Assembly (NCBI RefSeq): GCF_023055435.1
Contig: NW_025964334.1
Location: forward strand, 49,352,001 to 49,416,000
From: Haliotis rufescens
Lineage: Eukaryota
DNA: 64,000 bases
Reading direction: 5' to 3'
The number at the start of each line of letters is the position of its first letter. Position 1 is the stretch's first letter. Below are positions 53,201 to 62,200 of this stretch, piece by piece. The notes under the pieces were generated by a model. That model worked only from the letters and a program-made list of their open reading frames with translations, was not told the DNA's origin and ran no database searches. The translations under genes and the position numbers were made by a program.

Positions 53201-56200
53201 TTTTATTCATGTCTTTTCTCACAGCCAACGGCATCTGTTTCGTCGGATAATTGAGACTGGTTATTCTCTGTCGTTGAGGTTTTGTATTTCTTAACGTGGT
53301 AGTAACGAGTGTTGAACCATACTAAATATAACCCGCATTCAGGGTTGATGTCATAAAGATGTACAGTGGTATATATTAAAAATACACTTGTCTTGAATTA
53401 CAGTAAAGCCTCGTTAACTCGAAGACATGTACCCATCGAACGTATATGGCCTTATTCGTTGTTCGGTACAAGCGGGGCGCCAATAATGATTGTCGATACT
53501 TATTCCACCGGAACCAGGTCACATTGGTTTAAACGATATGTCGATTTAACAGAGTTCGAATTAACGAGGTTTCGCTGTACGTACATCCAAGAGTTTTGCA
53601 TCGCTATGTATACGGCGACAGATTGTACACTTTATAATAAGGAGATGGTGTGATGTATTCCAGGACGTACTGCAGAACGACAATATCAAGCTGGACTGGA
53701 CCTTCAGGCTCTCTCTACTCAGAGATATTGCCAGGGTAGGTTTACATATAGGGTCTCCGCTCAGAGATATTGCCAGGGTAGGTTTACATATAGGGTCTCT
53801 GCTCAGAGATATTGCCAGGGTAGGTTTACATATAGGGTCTCCGCTCAGAGATATACCGAGGGTCAGACATATTGCCTGGGTAGGTTTACATATAGGGTCT
53901 CCGCTCAGAGATATTGTCAGGGAAGGTTATCATATAGGGTCTCTGGTCAGAGATATTGTCAGGGAAGGTTAACATATAGGGTCTCTGGTCAGAGATATTG
54001 TCAGGGAAGGTTAACATATAGGGTCTCTGGTCGGAGATATTGTCAGGGATGGTTAACATATAGGGTCTCTGGTCAGAGATATTGTCAGGGAAGGTTAACA
54101 TATAGGGTCTCTGGTCAGAGATATTGTCAGGGAAGGTTAACATATAGGGTCTCTGGTCGGAGATATTGTCAGGGAAGGTTAACATATAGGGTCTCTGGTC
54201 AGAGATATTGTCAGGGAAGGTTAACATATAGGGTCTCTGGTCAGAGATATTGTCAGGGAAGGTTAACATATAGGGTCTCTGGTCAGAGATATTGTCAGGG
54301 AAGGTTAACATACAATATCTCTGGTCAGAGGTATTGTCAGGGAAGGTTTACATATAGGGTCTCTGGTCGGAGATATTGTCAGGGATGGTTAACATATAGG
54401 GTCTCTGGACAGAGATATTGTCAGGGAAGGTTAACATATAGGGTCTCTGGTCAGAGATATTGTCAGGGAAAGTTTACATATAGGGTCTCTGGTCGGAGAT
54501 ATTGTCAGGGAAGGTTAACATATAGGGTCTCTGGTCAGAGATATTGTCAGGGAAGGTTAACATATAGGGTCTCTGGTCAGAGATGTTGTCAGGGAAGGTT
54601 AACATATAGGGTCTCTGGTCGGAGATATTGTCAGGAAAGGTTAACATATAGGGTCTCTGGTCAGAGATATTGCCAGGGTAGGTTAACATATAGGGTCTCT
54701 GGTCGGAGATATTGTCAGGGAAGGTTAACATTTGGGTCTCTTGTCAGAGATATTGTCAGGGAAGATTAACATATAGGGTCTCTGGTCAGAGATATTGCCA
54801 GGGTAGATTAACATATAGGGTCTCTGGTCAGAGATATTGCCAGGGTAGGTTCACATACCTCCTTCACTGGTCAGAGATATTGTCAGGGAAGGTTAACATA
54901 TATGGTCTCTGGTCAGATATATTGTCAGGGAAGGTTAACATATTGGGTCTCTTGTCAGAGATATTGTCAGGGAAGGTTAACATATAGGGTCTCTGGTCAG
55001 AGCTATTGTCAGGGAAGGTTAACATATAGGGTCTCTGGTCAGAGATATTGCAAGGGAAGGTTAACATATAGGGTCTCTTGTCAGAGATATTGCAAGGGTA
55101 CATGTAGGTTCACATACCTCCTTCTCTTGTCAGAGATATTGTCAGGGAAGGTTAACATATATGGTATCTGGTCAGAGATATTGCCAGGGAAGGTTAACAT
55201 ATAGGGTCTCTTGTCAGAGATATTGTCAGGGAAGGTTAACATATTTCTCTGGTCAGAGATATTGTCAGGGAAGGTTAACATATAGGGTCTCTGGTCAGAG
55301 ATATTGTCAGGGAAGGTTAACATATAGGGTCTCTGGTCAGAGATATTGCCAGGGAAGGTTAACATATAGGGTCTCTTGTCAGATATTGCAAGGGTAGGTT
55401 CACATACCTCCTTCTCTTGTCAGAGATATTGTCAGGGAAGATTAACATATAGGGTCTCTGGTCAGATATATTGTCAGGGAAGGTTAACATATAGGGTCTC
55501 TGGTCAGATATTGTCAGGAAAGGTTAACATATAGGATCTCTGGTCAGAGATATTGTCAGGGAAGGTTAACATATAGGTTCTCTGGTCAGAGATATTGTCA
55601 GGAAAGGTTAACATATAGGGTCTCTTTGTCAGAGATATTGGCAGGGTGGGTTTAAATATCAACAACAACAACAACTACAGCATAAACAATTGTAGTCAAA
55701 GTAATACGATTGACGACGATGATGATAACGTCGATTATAGATTTCTGTCACTTAAGTCACATTGCTTAACACAGTGGCTCCCTTTACTCAGATCTGCATT
55801 GCGAGGGTAGGTTAAGAGATCATAGGCCCTCTCTTCTAAGAAGTTAATTGTAAGGGTAGATTTATGGGAAACAATCCCCACTTTAATAGAAGGTATAAGA
55901 ACACATAATGTTCAGATCGAACGTTTTATGCCTTAGTGTCATCTTCCCGAGGCAAGAGAGTTAACTGACGATAAAGTCCAGTTCCCAACTTTGCCGAACT
56001 AGGCTGGTATTATGGAGTTACATTTTGGCTGGACTAACGAGTCTATGCAAAGTCCAATCACAATCGTGCAACGAAATTGAAATCCGGTTCTTAAACTGTT
56101 GTGCAGATTTCGGTCGATTGTAGGATTTGCAAATCATTTGCACTGCCAACTCGTTGTCAACAGATGTTTTCCAAATCTTTTTATATTTTTAATCAAGGTG

Positions 56201-59200
56201 CTCACTTGATTTGATGCACTTCGCGATGTAAGACCCGTTTTATCACATAATAGATCTTGATTACCGATCAGATCGTCTTGACTGGGCGCCGCCATTTAGT
56301 TTGAAGCAAATGCAAGTGATACGAGAGGTGCAATCTGATTGGTCAATAGGAGAGACATAGAAGGGACATAACTCGTAATAGCCACTTGTGGCACTACGAT
56401 CGAGCCCAGGAATACCAGCCTAGTCAGCCTAGTCAGTTTACTTTCTTCCCTCGGTAAGATGGCATCGTGTACACGGAATGTTTTGGGTTATTACTTTTTG
56501 AATACACTGAATGTAAAGAAGTAATAGTATTGTAATCATAAATAATTTCACACAGGGTATGGCGTACTTGCATAAATCTGAAGTCCGTTGCCATGGCAGC
56601 CTCAGGTCGTCGAACTGCGTGGTGGACGGCAAGTTCTCCCTCAAGGTCACCGACTTCGGCCTACACAGTCTCCGGGCGAACAAGAGCGGAGAGCTCGAGG
56701 GCAACACACACGCCAAGTTTGAGAGTGAGTCGAAATACCCGCTATGAATGCGAGCCCAAGAATGGACTTCACACACATTGTACACATGTATAGAATCGAA
56801 CCCTGGTCTTCGGTGTGACGAGCGAATATTTTATCCACTATTGTAGTTCACCGCTTGAAAACTAGTATAGTTCTTGAGGGATGAGGTGAGGTGAGGTGAG
56901 GTGAGGTGAGGTGAGGTGAGGTGAGGTGAGGTGAGGTGAGGTGAGGTGAGGCAAACTGACATTTAACGCCGAGTTCAAAGTTAGTGAAGTGCATGCAGTG
57001 TGCGTGTGTTGGGAGGGGGGGGGGGGGGGGGGGGGGGGATTGCTTGTTCTATTCAGTACTTATGCCGCTTTTATAGTGCAAGCCTGCTCAGACACCGTGA
57101 TGCAGTTTAACATTAATACCCATCTCAGACACAGTATACCGACCCCGGGCAGACCAGTCCTTGTTTTAGCCCTTTCATGCCGAGCGCCAGACAGGGTAAC
57201 AAAAGTACCACATTTTAACATCGTTTGGTATGACCCTTCCAGGGGAACGAACCACCAACCTTCCGCTTTCCGAGTAGACGCTTTATCCGCTTGACCATGC
57301 ATGGAGGCGGTCTAATACTATTCGTAACGTATTTTGTCATAAAAACATAACGAAGTACACGTATAGATACTGAAAAATGGTAAACGTGGGACAGACCAAC
57401 AAAATATTACTAGTGTTCACAATATCAACCATTTGTTTCCTCGTAATGACGTCATACTATTCACTCATTGGCTGTGTTTGCGTACATTAGAGATGCTGTG
57501 GGTGGCGCCCGAGCACCTGATGGACGAGGGGGGAACCCAAAAGGGGGACGTCTACAGTTTTGGCATCATCCTGGAGGAGATGATTGTTCGGTCTGCCCCC
57601 TATGACACGTACAGAGGAATTATGGATCCGCAAGGTGAGGAATCAAACAGAATTAGTGTTGGGACTGAGGGCTTGGTTCTGATGGTGTTTGGCTCATAGT
57701 TTAATTTAAGTCAGCGTGTCTTGGGACATTAAGGCAATGCTTTGGTCAGTATGTGTAAATATGACGTCAGGATGTTACCACATCACTGGGTGAAGGTCAC
57801 TCATCAGTGTAGTGACACATCCAGCCATATATATATGAATCCAACAACCGCTATTATCTTTATAGGTCTCCTCTGGGTGAAAGGCCCAAGGTGTCACAAT
57901 TCACTGTGCAGAGTAATATCCCAAAGCTGGGTTAGGATCCGCTGTCATAGTTTCTAATCCCAAATTCACGCTGAATATGATCCTTGATTTGTCTGCTACA
58001 TACACATGATCGCGGGTCCCATAAACGTGACTGTACTGTCTGGCTGGCACAGATTTAACTTCAGAGAAATCACACAACAAAACTCCATGTTTTCCGACTG
58101 TTTCATTCTGCCGCATTACAGGTTACACACAAACAAATGTTTTCTAATAGAGTTCTATAGTAACGTTATATTTAAAATAATACTAATTAAGCATTCAAAA
58201 GCTATTACCTGTCAATGTGTGCACAGTGTGGCCTTCGAGCAGCATTAAAAAAAAATGACTAGCTCAGCCAGCTCCTTTTCCGAGCTCAGGAAGCGAAACC
58301 AGCCACCCCCAGTTCCGCACCAAATGTCACCTACTTGAAAATATCTGTGGTCACATCCAGCATAAGTCATCATGTTGAAAAAGACAGTACACAATATACA
58401 ACAACATGGTCAGTTTTAATAACTGGATGGATGTACATCTAAAAGAGATAAAAATCTTACACAATATCATCCAATCACAGCCTGCAGATATCTCTCGTTC
58501 TGCACTACGAAAACGGCACAGTCACAACTGGTTCTAATTTGGTGTTGTCGAACCTAAAGTACAGGCCACTGCGCATGCTCGCATGTTACATCCTGTACAC
58601 CCGGGCAATACATAAAATACGGACAATACAACATAACCTTTCCTAGCTGGCAGAAACCGAAATACCCATTTATGTTGAAATACTACAGTGACCATGCCAC
58701 ATTTGGCTTTCCTCTCACATAAAGATGACATATAATTGAAATCCCACAGGTTCAGAGGGGTATTAATCCCAAGTCATTCACTCACTGACCATCAATTACA
58801 ATTTCTACCTTACACTGAGCATGGTTTACTGCCATGACTTGGTGCACTGATTGAACCTTGAGTTGAGTATAAAACATTTATTCACAGTTTTAGCATTGAT
58901 TCATATATGTTTTACAATGTATTTCACGTTTGACACAGCACAAAAAAGGAATGATTCACATAAGAAATAACTTCTATATATTAAATTCTTTCAATGAGAC
59001 ATTTCCGTAGGTGTACAAATACATTTAATTCCCATGTTCAACAAAGGACATGTATTTTTATCTTGTTCCAACTATTGTAACCTTTGAGGCGAACCCATAG
59101 CCGAAATAAACATTACACGGATTATTCCCCCTGAGGTGATGGTGAAGAATGATGTATGGGTATATGGACNNNNNNNNNNNNNNNNNNNNNNNNNNNNNNN

Positions 59201-62200
59201 NNNNNNNNNNNNNNNNNNNNNNNNNNNNNNNNNNNNNNNNNNNNNNNNNNNNNNNNNNNNNNNNNNNNNNNNNNNNNNNNNNNNNNNNNNNNNNNNNNNN
59301 NNNNNNNNNNNNNNNNNNNNNNNNNNNNNNNNNNNNNNNNNNNNNNNNNNNNNNNNNNNNNNNNNNNNNNTCTTATCCGAACATCGTTTCCCATTTCTAT
59401 GTTGAGGTTTGAGGTCATGTACATTCCAGATATAGTGGAGCGCGTCGCGAGCCACGATAACCCACCTTTCCGTCCCAAAGTGAACCAGGCGTTTGGTCCC
59501 AAGGGGGTTCATGAACTTATGCATCACTGTTGGGTGGAGAACCCAGAGGACAGACCCAACTTCGACGCAATAGCCAAAACACTCCGAACTCTACAAGGGT
59601 AAGAAAAGATTTTACAGACGTTTCGTTCATCAAATAAACTCCACCAAACCCTTTTTATATTCATAATAAAGCGCCATTGCTCGATTCCAACTGTACCGTG
59701 AACATGTATTTATGAATCACTATCAAATAGTGACGATGCCAGGTTTTCGCGAACCGATGAGCGTATATACCCCATTAGTGCAAATTTGCAAAACCTGAAA
59801 AAATAGCTTATCCTCGTTCTTTTGTAATTTAAGTGTATACACTCTCCATACCTGATACTGGATTGATACGCTGACTGTTGACCTGTCTTATACAATGTTG
59901 ACGCCTACATGCCTGTATATTGTTGACTCCAGGTTTAAGACTGACAATTGTTATGCCTGTATATTGTTGACTCCAGGTCTAAGACTGACAACTGTTACGC
60001 CTATCTATTTTTGACTACAGATCTAAGACTGACAACTGTCACGCGTATATATTGTTGACTCTAGGTCTGAGACTGACAACTATTACGCCTATATATTTTG
60101 ACTCCAGATCTAAGACTGACAACAGTCACGCATGTATATTGTTGACTCCAGGTCTTGGACTGACAACTGTCACGCGTATATATTGTTGACTCTAGGTCTG
60201 AGACTGACAACTGTTACGCCTATATATTTTTGACTACAGATCTAAGACTGACAACAGTCACGCATGTATATTGTTGACTCCAGGTCTTGGACTGACAACA
60301 GTCACGCATGTATATTGTTGACTCCAGGTCCAAGACTGACAACATCGTCGAGGCGTTGATCCACCGCCTCGAGGACTACGCCTCCAATCTGGAGGACATC
60401 GTGGAGGAGAGGACCCAGCAACTCATCGCCGAGAAGAAGAAGTCGGAAGCACTCCTCTACCAGATCCTTCCAAGGTAGGTCGGCGTTCACCTGGTCGTGC
60501 CAACATGTATATTCAACTATAGTCAAACACCGTTATGTCGAACTTTTATGTGTGGAACGTTTGTTTCGAAGTAAAAGCTTGGTCCCTGTGTACTCCTTCT
60601 TTATTGATCATTTTCGGTTGCATTCATTGCATTTCAGTTTGGCTGCATTGTCATTTCCATGAAACGTCGTTGTCACACATCGTATAAACATAGACCTCTT
60701 GTACAAGGCATTGGTCATCAAATTGTCGAATCACGTAATACACATTTTCTTCTGATGGCCCAAACGTTACAAAGCTTCTTATTCGTTGGTTTGATTGACA
60801 GGTCGGTTGCTGAGCAACTCAAGCAAGGGAAGTCTGTTGTCCCAGAGACGTATGAGAGCGTCAGCATCTTCTTCAGTGATGTTGTTGGCTTCACGTCCAT
60901 GTGCTCAGAGAGTACTCCAATGGAGGTGAGTCTGATTTCCCGTGTCCAACTCATGATGAAGTGGTTACAACATGCGACTTCGCGAACACCTGGTGTCATC
61001 ACTATTTGATAGTGATTCATAAACACATGCTCATGGTATAGTCGGAATCGTACAGTCGACTATGTTTTTGGAGGCTTTGTCGCGACGAGATGATTAAGTT
61101 TATTATCGTAGTTGATGTCGTTGAATGATGCTTACACCGTCGACCAGTTGTATAGTTACACTTTCCTGGCAGACTTTGTATAGCGGTGATATTACCGACT
61201 AAATACACCCACTCACGCTAACTGACTCTTGTCAAATATTTCTGTTATCAAATAATTTGCTGCGGGGGCAGACTACATACCATTATTTCCTGAGTGGTTT
61301 AAACGCGAAAGTTGCGAAAGCCCCCAGGAAGCAAATAACTTTTAACATCGAAGCCCAAAGGAAATGATAATCATCGGGTATAATAGTGGCAAACATGTGG
61401 GTAACTGTCACTTGCGTACCAACGTTTCAATACTACAGCAGTTACTTACCACAGTACAAGACAGTGCTTACGACAATCCGAGACACTGCTTACTACAGTA
61501 CAAGACAGTGCTTACGACAATCCGAGACACTGTTTACTACAACCCGAAACATTACTCTTACCTTTCTCATAATTTGGATCCTAGACTTAATGTTTATATC
61601 CGCAATGTTTTACAGGTTGTGACCTTCCTGAGTGACCTCTACTCCTTGTTTGACAGCGTCATTGACAACTTCGACGTCTACAAGGTCAGTCGAAAACATA
61701 AATCGTCAAAGAAAACCGAACCAATTTTATAGCATTGTTGATATTCATTTTGCCCTGTTATACGTGACCATATTATGGAAATAAAGCGAAACTATTCAAC
61801 CTTAGATAATTAGTATTCTATTATAGAATCGATATATTGTCGGGCTATGGGCATGATCATCATCTTATTTATGACAAGACCCCGAATATTGTACAATGTT
61901 ACCTCATCTCACACAAGGCAGATAAAGTCTCGCCATGCATCATGTATTGAATCTGTCTCACCATCACACGTAATGGTTCTTCTCCCCAGGTGGAAACAAT
62001 CGGCGATGCCTACATGGTTGTGTCAGGGGTCCCGATCCGGAACGGCCAACGTCATGCTGTGGAGATCTGTAGGCTGGCACTGGCGCTGTTGTCGGGGGTA
62101 GAGACCTTCGTTTTCAGACACAGACCTCAGGACAAACTGAACGTCAGGATCGGGATACACACAGGTGACTCATCCCAATAGTTGGATGTAGAACGTTGTA

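Noticed and set aside
53886-55397. 14-aa repeat ORFs ([14 protein letters not shown] and similar)
   Set aside because: Artefacts of the 42-bp array; only the first in-frame units on the + strand are plausibly exonisable.
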